Source: a virus (taxonomy: Duplodnaviria > Heunggongvirae > Uroviricota > Caudoviricetes). From it: a stretch of 64,000 nt of DNA. Numbering within the stretch: position 1 is the first letter of the stretch; each line of letters opens with the position of its first letter. Position numbers and translations under genes: made by a program. The notes under the pieces are model-generated. The model was not told the DNA's origin. It did no database searches and saw only the letters and a list, made by a program, of their open reading frames with translations. The stretch lies in the IMG/VR virus record IMGVR_UViG_3300046047_000272; one strand, given 5' to 3'. Below, in pieces: positions 50,849 through 60,405 of the stretch.

Positions 50849-51244
50849 ATGAATGAACAGCAGATTATGTCACTCTTCTCTGGATGGCATGCTCTTTATC
50901 GACAGGACGCCTCGGTGTTTCCTAAATTCAGAGCATATATTGCTCATAGTCTTGATAATCGTATCTCAGTGGTCGTCCGTAAAATAGAGGATGATGGAAC
51001 TGAGAACATGTTTGACGCCATTACAGAGCATTGCGACAATATAGATGACGCTCGTGAAATCAAAGAATACTGGAAGGAACTCCTTGACGAGCCTGTTGAT
51101 ATGCGTCTATGGTCTCGTATGGTGATGACCGCTAAGCGTGATCATCTCGCGTACATAGAAGAGAATATCGCACGCGAACAGGATGAAGCTGATAGCTTGC
51201 GTGATGATATTCGTAGAAACGAACTTGATGACATCAATGCTTGA
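50849..51244 (+). CDS. Hypothetical protein.
   Basis: ORF. Confidence 0.4.
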   Translation: MNEQQIMSLFSGWHALYRQDASVFPKFRAYIAHSLDNRISVVVRKIEDDGTENMFDAITEHCDNIDDAREIKEYWKELLDEPVDMRLWSRMVMTAKRDHLAYIEENIAREQDEADSLRDDIRRNELDDINA

Positions 51245-51296
51245 ACACAGGAATTGACATATCTACATAACACTATCACCTTGGGGGAGATTATTC

Positions 51297-52259
51297 ATGA
51301 CCACACTTGTTCCCACTATACGAGTTCATAGGGTACTAGACCCCGAGCAGGGATCTATTGTTCTCCGATTGGCCAGTGTAGATGACGCTGATAAGATTGC
51401 ATCAATCTCTATCCAGGATTCGATAACTCTAATCGATGACCAGGATCATCAATTGACCTATCGCGTGACTAAGCTCACAGACAAGACGATGCATCTGTCA
51501 TTAGCTCAAGACACTATTGAGGCAGACGCATCTGACCGTCATGATGATCCTGAGGATAATGGCGAGGAAAACTTCGATGATGATATTGATGGATCTAATG
51601 CATTATCTGGTTTTCGTGAAGAGGTGAATGATCGATTTGATGCGATCTATGATAAGCTTCCTGCGTTCATGCAGAATGCTTATAGCTGGATGAATAAAGC
51701 ATGGTCTCGTTCCTGCAAGGAGACTAAACATGCTTGGCAGCGTGCTTTCCGTGGATACGATGATTATGCATTATGGAATTTTGGCCATTCTGAATTACTG
51801 CGCATCTCTAAGTTACTGGAAACCTTATCGGTAACGAGTCATGGTTATCCTATGAAATATGTGTACGATCCCAAGGCTGATGACGCGGATGAACACGGGT
51901 CACGCGAGTATTGGCTGAATAAACACGATGACGATTACGATGAATGGCTGACCAGTCGTGCGAGAACCATTCATCAACTCGTACACGATTCCATGGATTC
52001 TAAGAAGACGTACGATTACCATATTTGGAATGAGACCGTAGCCGACTATGGACCCGCGGCTGCGGCTTGGTCACAGGATCTTCATCACGCTGCATACGTC
52101 ATTAAACGATATGTTGATGTACTTGACGACGAAGATTATGTTTGGTATAATGATCAGAAAGCTCATCTCGATACACAGGAGCATCTGCAGATAGTTAAGG
52201 ATGAATTTACTCGAGTATGGCTATGGCTTGGGCCATTAATGCTTGACATCTGGGATTAA
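51297..52259 (+). CDS. Hypothetical acidic protein.
   Basis: ORF. Trp/Asp-rich. Confidence 0.4.
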   Translation: MTTLVPTIRVHRVLDPEQGSIVLRLASVDDADKIASISIQDSITLIDDQDHQLTYRVTKLTDKTMHLSLAQDTIEADASDRHDDPEDNGEENFDDDIDGSNALSGFREEVNDRFDAIYDKLPAFMQNAYSWMNKAWSRSCKETKHAWQRAFRGYDDYALWNFGHSELLRISKLLETLSVTSHGYPMKYVYDPKADDADEHGSREYWLNKHDDDYDEWLTSRARTIHQLVHDSMDSKKTYDYHIWNETVADYGPAAAAWSQDLHHAAYVIKRYVDVLDDEDYVWYNDQKAHLDTQEHLQIVKDEFTRVWLWLGPLMLDIWD

Positions 52260-52294
52260 TCAAGAGGAAAGGATTTGACGCTTAGCGTCAAGGT

Positions 52295-53137
52295 ATGGTA
52301 AGATTACATCAATCAAAACACCGTTCTCCACATGATCGTTCTCGGCATGCCCATCAATTACAGCCACATGATCGCATTATTCGATGGTCATCAGTGTCCA
52401 TTTTATGCTTCATGACTATTGGATTGTGTTCCTCCGTAAGTTCTGCTGAGACCGTAGCGCCAATAGTCGATCATCAGTTAACGTCAAATCAACATGATAT
52501 TTCAGCATCAGTGGTATCAAGATCATTTACTCGACCTGATGACCAATCATCGTGGTCTATTGGTTCGTCTAATAATGTCCATATTGATTATAGCCCAACG
52601 CCCTCGGAACGAGTGGCTGCATTAATGTCTGAACAAACAAAGAACGATGCGGCGAGACTGCAATCTGAGGGTGAGAATCATTTGCAAGTTGGTGTCCAAC
52701 CATCGTTGGCTAAAGACACGATGAGCCAATTAGAAGATCAGTATACAAGGATCATGAATGCCCCTAGTAATCATGTTACTGGTGATAATGGTAATGCGTA
52801 CGAGTTTAGTCAGTGTACATGGTGGGCATATGTTCGACGTCATCAACTTGGACTCCCTGCCGGTTCACATATGGGTAATGGTCAAGATTGGGCATCAACG
52901 GCGATGCGATTAGGATACCGAGTCGATCATAATCCTCGGATAGGTGATGTCATGGTCTTTCGATCTGGGCAACTTGGAGCATCGTCAGCATATGGCCATG
53001 TAGCCATTGTCGAGAATGTGATTACGGTTCATGATCAGGAATATGTAGTCACATCAGAAATGGGGTCGTCTCTTCAGGGTGTTCCAGCATCGAGAATCAT
53101 AGGATCTGTGCACGATTTTCTCTATGTCCATGATTAA
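52295..53137 (+). CDS. Secreted CHAP-domain peptidoglycan hydrolase (endolysin-like or cell-wall amidase/endopeptidase).
   Basis: N-terminal hydrophobic signal or anchor. C-terminal CHAP signature EFSQCTWWAYVRR ... GHVAIVENV (the Cys and His catalytic pair). Confidence 0.7.
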   Translation: MVRLHQSKHRSPHDRSRHAHQLQPHDRIIRWSSVSILCFMTIGLCSSVSSAETVAPIVDHQLTSNQHDISASVVSRSFTRPDDQSSWSIGSSNNVHIDYSPTPSERVAALMSEQTKNDAARLQSEGENHLQVGVQPSLAKDTMSQLEDQYTRIMNAPSNHVTGDNGNAYEFSQCTWWAYVRRHQLGLPAGSHMGNGQDWASTAMRLGYRVDHNPRIGDVMVFRSGQLGASSAYGHVAIVENVITVHDQEYVVTSEMGSSLQGVPASRIIGSVHDFLYVHD

Positions 53138-53282
53138 TCATTCATGATGAGCAATTATATAAAGCTGATTCGCGTATATGATCAATATGACATTATGATA
53201 GCAATTCTTATTTGTTGTTAGATTCATACTGTTAACAATGATCGTAGTATGAAAACTGCTATACATGAGGGTGGGTTTGATC

Positions 53283-53555
53283 ATGAAAAGTTATGCCGTC
53301 ACGCAGAAGGGCGAGATATTCAATTGTAAGGCATCTGACCCTACGCACTGCAAGTACCATGGTACACCTGAGACTACTGGAACGAAACATTTCCCAACGA
53401 AAAAAGCGGCCATAGCCTATATGGAGGAGTTGGCCGCTAATACGAATCAGCATAAAATGTCTCTTCGTAAAATGGGTAGTACCATGTCAAATCAACAATT
53501 ACGAGATTCTATCACCCTAGGATCAAATCTTGTCCAATCATTCCTGAACGGATGA
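53283..53555 (+). CDS. Small protein with an N-terminal C-x-A-x-DPT-x-C-x-YH motif.
   Basis: CKASDPTHCKYHG. The same motif appears at the N-terminus of the protein at 60406..61281 (CRAKDPTSCRYHH). Confidence 0.4.
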   Translation: MKSYAVTQKGEIFNCKASDPTHCKYHGTPETTGTKHFPTKKAAIAYMEELAANTNQHKMSLRKMGSTMSNQQLRDSITLGSNLVQSFLNG

Positions 53556-54101
53556 TGGCATAGCCTCAGGGTCAGCCATACCATGATTCGACCAGAAAAG
53601 AATAGCATCGATATATTCATTCTTTGAATACGATCCACTCGTACCACCGGCGAGATGTCGTTCATTACGAGCCATTGTTAAAGCGTGCATTGGCGTCTCG
53701 ACATCTGATGGGCTAGCATTAATGGATATGATTTCCCAATCAGCGTCAGTCTCACGATCATTATCCTCTTCAAGAACATCAGCCCGATATAACACGATGC
53801 CAACAGTTTTAGCGGGTTGCTTCCACCGACCAGTGACAACGGTAAACACGCGAGGATCCTCACCGTCCCTCCGCGCTTCTACATACGATCTCGTCACATC
53901 GCCATCATGCATACTAATTACAGATGACCAGAATCCGTCACAAGGTACATCAACGATGATCACGCCATCCCTGTATCCTTGATGCTGATGGTCGAACCAC
54001 GTCGTCACCAATCGTTCAAGATCCTCCCATGAGCCATCGTAATGGGAGAATCGGCTTTCCCTAGTCTGTCGTCTAACGAATGATCCACAAGCTATCTTCA
54101 T
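53538..54101 (-). CDS. Hypothetical protein.
   Basis: ORF. ATGA-type overlap with the upstream gene. Confidence 0.4.
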   Translation of the reverse strand: MKIACGSFVRRQTRESRFSHYDGSWEDLERLVTTWFDHQHQGYRDGVIIVDVPCDGFWSSVISMHDGDVTRSYVEARRDGEDPRVFTVVTGRWKQPAKTVGIVLYRADVLEEDNDRETDADWEIISINASPSDVETPMHALTMARNERHLAGGTSGSYSKNEYIDAILFWSNHGMADPEAMPSSVQE

Positions 54102-54949
54102 ACTAATTCTCCTCGATCTTGCCTAGCCATGGTGTAAAGATGTTTTGATGAAGGATTATGTTCGTCAATCACGCCAATATCCTTCCAATAACGATCATAT
54201 TTACGTTTGAAATTCTTCCTGTTCTCATCGCGAATAGATGAGTTATACAATCCACATCGTAGACTGATGGCGTCATCAAGTGTGAAACTCCTTGGAAGAG
54301 CGTAGAAGATATATGGCAGCCAATTAAATTGATCACATAACCGATTCATCGTCATATCAATCATATCCCTATGATCAAAGGCTAAGGTATCTGGAAGATC
54401 GTTCATCGACACCCATTCTCCGTCAACGCCGTCATTGAGAGGACGATTTAATCCATCGGAAAGATAAATGACATGAAGAATACTGACAGTCTGCCCTCTC
54501 GGATCACGATTAAGACCAGTAAACGTCCTAATTTGTTGAACGCGATAGGCGTTATCTCGTTCAAGATCCTCAGCATTCTTAAAACAATATCCTATGGTTC
54601 GTTGAACAGCGATGAGGGCATTCTGCTCATTAGTATGGAGGAACGTTCCTGGAATGGCCAGTTCGTGAATGAAAGGATGCGTTTTCCTTCTGACGAGTAA
54701 AGCTTTCAACGAAAGATTAGCTTGATCGTGCTCATCGTAACTGACTATCAGACAATCAACCGTGACGTCTGGATGTGAATATGATTCGCGGCCAGCTGGC
54801 TCATCAGCTTCTCGCTGGTCTGGTTGCCTCGTCCACCAGGAGAGCCAATCCTGATATGACGCCTGAGATTCATACCATGTTTTCGTTCGTGCTTGATGTA
54901 CCATAATGACCTCCATTAACAGAGACTCCGTAGCCTCCGTGTCGCACAA
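54098..54949 (-). CDS. Nudix-fold protein (degenerate Nudix box, possibly ADP-ribose pyrophosphatase or NrtR-like). Tentative.
   Basis: VDCLIVSYDE...LVRRKTHPF.HELAIPGTFLHTNEQNALIAVQRTIGYCFKNAED fits the Nudix fold pattern, with an imperfect REx2EExG box. Confidence 0.3.
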   Translation of the reverse strand: MCDTEATESLLMEVIMVHQARTKTWYESQASYQDWLSWWTRQPDQREADEPAGRESYSHPDVTVDCLIVSYDEHDQANLSLKALLVRRKTHPFIHELAIPGTFLHTNEQNALIAVQRTIGYCFKNAEDLERDNAYRVQQIRTFTGLNRDPRGQTVSILHVIYLSDGLNRPLNDGVDGEWVSMNDLPDTLAFDHRDMIDMTMNRLCDQFNWLPYIFYALPRSFTLDDAISLRCGLYNSSIRDENRKNFKRKYDRYWKDIGVIDEHNPSSKHLYTMARQDRGELV

Positions 54950-55086
54950 ATGTGATGGACAATACGATATATTGTATCATCATTCGATAGACGTAGCAAT
55001 AAGCGTGTTCTCATAATGATTGCCATATATCCTCATTCCATGATACAATGAGATTATAGATCATAAGCAAGCATTATGGAGGAATC

Positions 55087-55524
55087 ATGGTTCAAAAGAA
55101 TCATCCATCAGAGGATACGGAAAAAGATCAGCATGTCACTGAACAAGTTGATGACGATGGTCACGAGCAAGTCGATCAGTCTTCACTGCTATCAAATGTC
55201 CTGCATCGTGTGAAGGATGGATGGGATGCATATACTGCTGATGTTCGTGTAGATGATGACGATGCGGCGACTCAGGACGCCGTAGTAGATCAGCATGAGA
55301 CGCCAATTAGCGTGTATCGAGGCTCGAAGAATGTTCTCCATCGTGGTAAGGATGTGATTGGATCGTTCGTCGATGGCGTTACTGGACGTCCGCACGTGAC
55401 CAAGACGCCCGCCGCATCACATGGCTGGATGACGGCTTTTCATACAGCCGTGTACATCTTCGCAGGTATTGGCCTTATCGCTATTGTCAGAGCGTCAATC
55501 GACGCTCTGAAGCCGAGAAGGTGA
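55087..55524 (+). CDS. Hypothetical protein with a C-terminal transmembrane helix.
   Basis: ORF. C-terminus AVYIFAGIGLIAIV. Confidence 0.4.
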   Translation: MVQKNHPSEDTEKDQHVTEQVDDDGHEQVDQSSLLSNVLHRVKDGWDAYTADVRVDDDDAATQDAVVDQHETPISVYRGSKNVLHRGKDVIGSFVDGVTGRPHVTKTPAASHGWMTAFHTAVYIFAGIGLIAIVRASIDALKPRR

Positions 55525-55534
55525 CTATTGTCTT

Positions 55535-55990
55535 ATGGAGATCATGAGTAGAAATCCATATCCAGCGAACGCCCTATCGAACTTTGCGCCTCACGCGTTC
55601 ATGATTGATGGTGTATCATGCGCTAGTATGGAAGGATTCCTGCAATCATTAAAATTCAGTAATCCCGAGATGCAAAAATATGTCTGCTCATTAATTGGTC
55701 GAGCGGCTAAAGACAAGGGATCAAAGAAAAATTGGAAAACTGATCAACGCTTGTACTGGATGGGCACATCCTATGATCGTTCTAGTCAAGAATATCTTGA
55801 CCTTGTTCATAGAGCATATCAGGAATTATCGAAGAATGATGGATTCAGACGAGCCATCATGGCGAGTCGATCGGCAACATACCAGCATTCCATGGGTAAG
55901 CGAAAACCCGCTGACACTGTGCTTACTCGACAAGAGTTCATTCATGAGCTACAAGAGGCGCGACGGCTTATCCTATCTGAGAAGGAGTAA
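55535..55990 (+). CDS. NADAR-family (YbiA-like) N-glycosidase or ADP-ribosyl hydrolase.
   Basis: LSNFAPHAFMIDGVSCASMEGFLQSLKF matches the NADAR/YbiA signature (..FS.F....F..DG..Y.S.EHYFQA.KF). Confidence 0.55.
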   Translation: MEIMSRNPYPANALSNFAPHAFMIDGVSCASMEGFLQSLKFSNPEMQKYVCSLIGRAAKDKGSKKNWKTDQRLYWMGTSYDRSSQEYLDLVHRAYQELSKNDGFRRAIMASRSATYQHSMGKRKPADTVLTRQEFIHELQEARRLILSEKE

Positions 55991-55992
55991 TA

Positions 55993-56874
55993 ATGAGTAT
56001 AGAGTTTGGTAAGAGTAATGATCCTGATGGCGTTGGAGAAGCCGAGAAGTTCGTATTGACCATGCTGTCATATATTGGCATTGATCATAAGATGATCGCC
56101 AAGAAATTCCATATCTCCGAGGAAGCTGTCACTGATGCGAGACAGTGGATAGAAGAGCATCGACCAGACATGATTGCTGATATCACTAATACGCTTATAC
56201 CGGCTCTTCCTAATGACTTCACTCTAGAAAGAGACGCTGATGAACTTCTGAATGAGACCGCCGCATCAGTAGAGAAAGTCGAAGCAATGTTAGCGTCAAT
56301 ACGTCAGAGTCAACAGCGTCCGCACGATGATCCCAAGCCACTATCAGCTGAGGAAGAGTCAGTCTTCAAGGATCTCGCTGGACAGTTATCTGATCTTGAA
56401 ACAAGCTCTGTTAGTAAAGAGGCCCATTATCTTCAAGCAGCCTCTATTATCGATGTGGAGTGGGTATCTCGTCCTTCTCTTGGTGGTCATTTGTATGGTC
56501 AGAATGATATGGTCACGAAATTCCTACAAACCGTGAACGATGATATTGATCATGGTATGTACAAACTACGATCATCAAGAATGGCTTTAGCCGTATCGAC
56601 GACTATTGTGAATGGTGATCAGAGAAATGAATTAGAGCCAGCTGTCCTCATGTCTGCGCAGGCTCGTGCTGACTGGCTATTCCATGGGGGCGAATCACGT
56701 AAGACGACTAATGACGAGGATGAATCTATGAGAATCTGGTTGCAGGGATTGCAGCACCACGATCCAGAGGCCATGGCCTACGTATCAGCTATTCAGTTGC
56801 CTATCGGGTTGCATATTGATAATGATGGCGTCCTTGGCGTTGAGAAGAATATGGATACTGGTCAGGACGAATAA
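55993..56874 (+). CDS. Hypothetical protein.
   Basis: ORF starting 3 nt after the NADAR gene's stop. Confidence 0.4.
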   Translation: MSIEFGKSNDPDGVGEAEKFVLTMLSYIGIDHKMIAKKFHISEEAVTDARQWIEEHRPDMIADITNTLIPALPNDFTLERDADELLNETAASVEKVEAMLASIRQSQQRPHDDPKPLSAEEESVFKDLAGQLSDLETSSVSKEAHYLQAASIIDVEWVSRPSLGGHLYGQNDMVTKFLQTVNDDIDHGMYKLRSSRMALAVSTTIVNGDQRNELEPAVLMSAQARADWLFHGGESRKTTNDEDESMRIWLQGLQHHDPEAMAYVSAIQLPIGLHIDNDGVLGVEKNMDTGQDE

Positions 56875-56895
56875 CGTAACGGTATAATTCATTGT

Positions 56896-58080
56896 ATGGT
56901 TACTAAGTCAAAGAAATACGAAGAGTTGTATAAGAAGTATCGGCCACGAACATGGTCTGATGTTATCGGACAGGATAGTCTTGTTACGAATCTATCTGAA
57001 AGTGTTGCTTCTGATCGACTACCTTCAGCGTATCTGTTCTCCGGTCCTAGAGGATGCGGAAAGACGACGGTCGCATTGATTCTTGCTAAGGCTATGAATT
57101 GCGAGAACCCTGATGGTCAGGGTAATCCATGCAATCATTGTCCGACATGCCTCTCCATTGATCGCGGAAATTGCATAGGTGTGCATTATATCAGCGCCGT
57201 CAATTTGAAGAACGGAGCCACGGATATTCGAGAAATCGTGGATAAGGCTAAAAGGCGGTCCATGATTCATCGACCAGTATGGATCATTGATGAGATCCAG
57301 CGATTGTCAGTACAATCATTAGACGCCTTCCTTATACCATTAGAGGACACAAATCTCCCCTCGATGTTCATTTTCTGTACGACTGAAATTGACAAGATAC
57401 CATTAACCATCACCAGTAGAGTCCAGCAGCGCGCCTTCAAGCTACTGTCTAAGAATAAGCTTATCACATTATGTGAATCGGTTCTAACTCAGGAACAATA
57501 CGAGTGTATTGACGAAGCAGACAGGAAGGCCATTGAGGCCGAGGATTCTACGAAAGACTTAGATCAACGTCGTAAGGTCTATTCTAAGGAGCTTATCTAT
57601 AAGGCTGTTAAGGACGCTGGTACAACATTTGAGGGTGGTTCTGCCCGACAGGTGCTATCAGAGCTTGACCATCTCCTATCATCGCCCACTTCATCTAAGC
57701 ATGATTGGACAAGAGCTATCGCCACTGATCTATTCTTAGATACACCAAGGAATCCATGTGGTAATGTTAAGCAGGCGCTAACTGACGTGTCTCAGGCCAT
57801 TCAAGACGATGCTGACGTGAAGATCCTGCTGAGATCACTCGTCGACTTTATCCGTGAAATGATTCTCATCACTAATCTTGATGATACATCATCGTATCCA
57901 AGGAAACGTGTTGAAACAGCGAATCGTCTCGGAGATGTCGTTCTTCTGAAATGTTTCCGAATCATCGGGAAGGCTCAAAGGGACTCAAATTTCGATAGTG
58001 ACGCCAGAGTTTATCTTGAGGTTGCTCTTGTAGAGTTAAGCATCATTTTGCAACAGCGAATGGAGGAGATTGCAGCATGA
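56896..58080 (+). CDS. dnaX: DnaX-like clamp-loader ATPase (DNA polymerase III gamma/tau N-terminal domains).
   Basis: YRPRTWSDVIGQD, Walker A SGPRGCGKTT, zinc module CENPDGQGNPCNHCPTC, Walker B WIIDEIQ, sensor ITSRVQ. Confidence 0.8.
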   Translation: MVTKSKKYEELYKKYRPRTWSDVIGQDSLVTNLSESVASDRLPSAYLFSGPRGCGKTTVALILAKAMNCENPDGQGNPCNHCPTCLSIDRGNCIGVHYISAVNLKNGATDIREIVDKAKRRSMIHRPVWIIDEIQRLSVQSLDAFLIPLEDTNLPSMFIFCTTEIDKIPLTITSRVQQRAFKLLSKNKLITLCESVLTQEQYECIDEADRKAIEAEDSTKDLDQRRKVYSKELIYKAVKDAGTTFEGGSARQVLSELDHLLSSPTSSKHDWTRAIATDLFLDTPRNPCGNVKQALTDVSQAIQDDADVKILLRSLVDFIREMILITNLDDTSSYPRKRVETANRLGDVVLLKCFRIIGKAQRDSNFDSDARVYLEVALVELSIILQQRMEEIAA

Positions 58081-58610
58081 TCATTACATCAAATCAAAAC
58101 TTCTCATATGATGTTGAACGAGATGGACGGCACATCGTTCTGAACATGAAATGGCACACTGACGCTAAAACACTATCCATGCTTCTCGATCATAATAGCT
58201 CGTCACATCTTGACCAATTACTTGGATTAACATTATCCGCTGATCCATATGATCGCGGACAATTATCCGATGGTGATCTCCTTGATCTGAATGCTATGAG
58301 CTGGTTAACGCATCACATTAACAATCAGAAGCCTGTTCTTGGAGCCGAGGGGAAGACCATATACCTATCATTTGATTACGGTCATGAAACTGAGAAGTCG
58401 GTATATACGGTCGAATTGTTAGCAGACGATCAACATCAGGCAGACTCATGTCTGACCATGAATCAAGATGGAGATTATCGTAGGTATCGTTACGATAAGA
58501 TGACGTCAATGATTACTGTTAATGTACTTGACAAGGACGCTGATACCATTACGCCACATCATCAATCACAGGATACGGCGAAGCCCTGGTATCTGAAAAT
58601 GCTTAGATGA
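58077..58610 (+). CDS. Hypothetical protein.
   Basis: ATGA overlap with dnaX. Confidence 0.4.
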   Translation: MIITSNQNFSYDVERDGRHIVLNMKWHTDAKTLSMLLDHNSSSHLDQLLGLTLSADPYDRGQLSDGDLLDLNAMSWLTHHINNQKPVLGAEGKTIYLSFDYGHETEKSVYTVELLADDQHQADSCLTMNQDGDYRRYRYDKMTSMITVNVLDKDADTITPHHQSQDTAKPWYLKMLR

Positions 58611-58697
58611 CCCGCGGTCGTATTGCTGACATCATGCGATCGTGATATACTCCTTAGTAAGAGTACGATTGTTTCATATTGTGGTAAAGGAGTTATT

Positions 58698-59219
58698 GTG
58701 TCGTCAAACGATGGTCAACATCGCAGGGTGAATCGTCAAATCACCGCCCAGAAAGTTATCCTGATAGACGCTAATGGTAGCAAGACCGGCGAATGGCCGA
58801 TTGACGTTGCTCTTAGCGTCGCTGAGCGAGAAGGACTTGATCTTATCGAGATGGATGGTCACCGAGTACCTCCTATCGTCAAATTGGGTGATTACTTTAA
58901 GGAGCGCTATAAGGATCAGCAACGATTGAAGGCTCAGCGTCGACACGCGAAGAGCCAACAAGTCAAGGAAATCCGGTTACGACCTAAAACGGAAACCCAT
59001 GATCTCCTGACGAAGACCAATCAGATCAAGAAATTCTTGAATCGTGGTGATAAAGTCAAAATCACCGTTATGATGAAGGGTCGTGAACGAGATCATAAGA
59101 ATCTTGCGTATGATGTGTTACAGAAGATAGTTGCGGACTTATCAGCGGTTGGTAAGATATCTACTCCTGCTGCATTCAATGGATCAATGGTCAGCATGAC
59201 TATTAGCCCATTATCGTAA
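58698..59219 (+). CDS. infC: Translation initiation factor IF-3.
   Basis: VNRQITAQKVILIDANGSK...LDLIEM...PIVKLGDYFKE...VKEIRLRPKTETHDLLTK...VKITVMMKGRE aligns along the full length of bacterial IF-3. A non-AUG start (ATT-GTG) lies 5 nt after an AAAGGAG ribosome-binding site, as in bacterial infC. Confidence 0.75.
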   Translation: MSSNDGQHRRVNRQITAQKVILIDANGSKTGEWPIDVALSVAEREGLDLIEMDGHRVPPIVKLGDYFKERYKDQQRLKAQRRHAKSQQVKEIRLRPKTETHDLLTKTNQIKKFLNRGDKVKITVMMKGRERDHKNLAYDVLQKIVADLSAVGKISTPAAFNGSMVSMTISPLS

Positions 59220-59324
59220 TCATTCTGTGCATATAATCACAGTTAGAGGACCCTATACTGGGGTCCTCAGATCTTGTCTAGCTCATATGATAGGGTACTG
59301 TATAGGAGGATAGGAGAGGAGCTC

Positions 59325-60260
59325 ATGTCTACATCATCACTGAAAGCATCAACAATAACCATAAGAGACGATCAGAGCGTCGATCGTCTCGTTATGAGAT
59401 TACTGCACATTGCTTCAACGACCACATTGCAAGATATGGATGTCGATGTCATCAGAACACTATTGAACGAGATCATACTGTCCGATGATCCACGTCATGG
59501 TTTTGAGGCCTTAACTGATAATGGCATTCTAGCAGCTATCTTACCAGAGCTTTTCGCTTTATACGTGTCAGATCAGACTAGCCGTGGATTGCATAAACTG
59601 AACTTCGAGCATTCCATGATTGTTCTTCAACAAGCCATAGCATTAGAGTCTGATGGCCCTGACTTGACACTTCGTCTAGCAGCCGTCTTACACGATGTTG
59701 GCAAGGCACCTACTCGTGTCTTCAACGGCCGAGCTAAAGTGACCTTCGACGGTCATGAGGCCGTTGGTGCTGCCATGATAGCTAAGCGTCTGCGTATTTT
59801 AGGATACGATTCTGTAATGATTCATGATGTCACAGAGCTCATCAGATTACATATGAGAGCGCATGGCTATGAGCATCAGAATGGTGATCATTCAGAGACA
59901 TGGAACGATGCTGGTGTCAGAAGATTCATCAAGGACGCTGGCCCACTGCTTGATCGATTAATGATCATCACGAAAGCTGATATCACAACCATCCATCCGA
60001 ATCAGAAGAAGAAACTGATCGCCTCAATCGACAGGCTTGAACACCATATGGATAAGGTTATCGAAGAGGATCGATTAGCTGCTATCAGACCAGAGCTTAA
60101 TGGTCATCAACTAGCCGACTTATTAGGTATTCGTGAGGGGCGTCTTCTTGGTGACGCTTATCGACATATGCTGAATTATCGTATGAGCCATGGCGAGGTA
60201 GGCCAGCAAGCCGCAGAGGCTGAGGCTATTCGCTGGTTTCATAGTCTTCACAACGATTAA
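59325..60260 (+). CDS. HD-domain phosphohydrolase related to the C-terminal HD domain of class II CCA-adding enzymes. No nucleotidyltransferase head is present.
   Basis: GILAAILPEL ... FEHSMIV ... LRLAAVLHDVGK parallels E. coli Cca LLAVLPEL...HPEIDTGIHT...FATLCHDLGK. Start at the ATG after a GGAGAGGAG ribosome-binding site. Confidence 0.5.
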   Translation: MSTSSLKASTITIRDDQSVDRLVMRLLHIASTTTLQDMDVDVIRTLLNEIILSDDPRHGFEALTDNGILAAILPELFALYVSDQTSRGLHKLNFEHSMIVLQQAIALESDGPDLTLRLAAVLHDVGKAPTRVFNGRAKVTFDGHEAVGAAMIAKRLRILGYDSVMIHDVTELIRLHMRAHGYEHQNGDHSETWNDAGVRRFIKDAGPLLDRLMIITKADITTIHPNQKKKLIASIDRLEHHMDKVIEEDRLAAIRPELNGHQLADLLGIREGRLLGDAYRHMLNYRMSHGEVGQQAAEAEAIRWFHSLHND

Positions 60261-60270
60261 GCAGACGCTT

Positions 60271-60401
60271 AGATCTAGTTAGGCTCAGAACATGAGTAAA
60301 GATTCATGTTCTGAGCCTATTCTAATTGGTACTGACCGGAAAAGCCCCAAGATGATACGTTATACTAGATGAGACAAGAATCAGGATTAGACACGAGATC
60401 T
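60271..60401 (+). repeat. Repeat family C, copy C3 (131 bp, AGATCT-bounded).
   Basis: Near-identical to C2, including the 14-bp hairpin. Confidence 0.7.
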
Positions 60402-60405
60402 AGTC

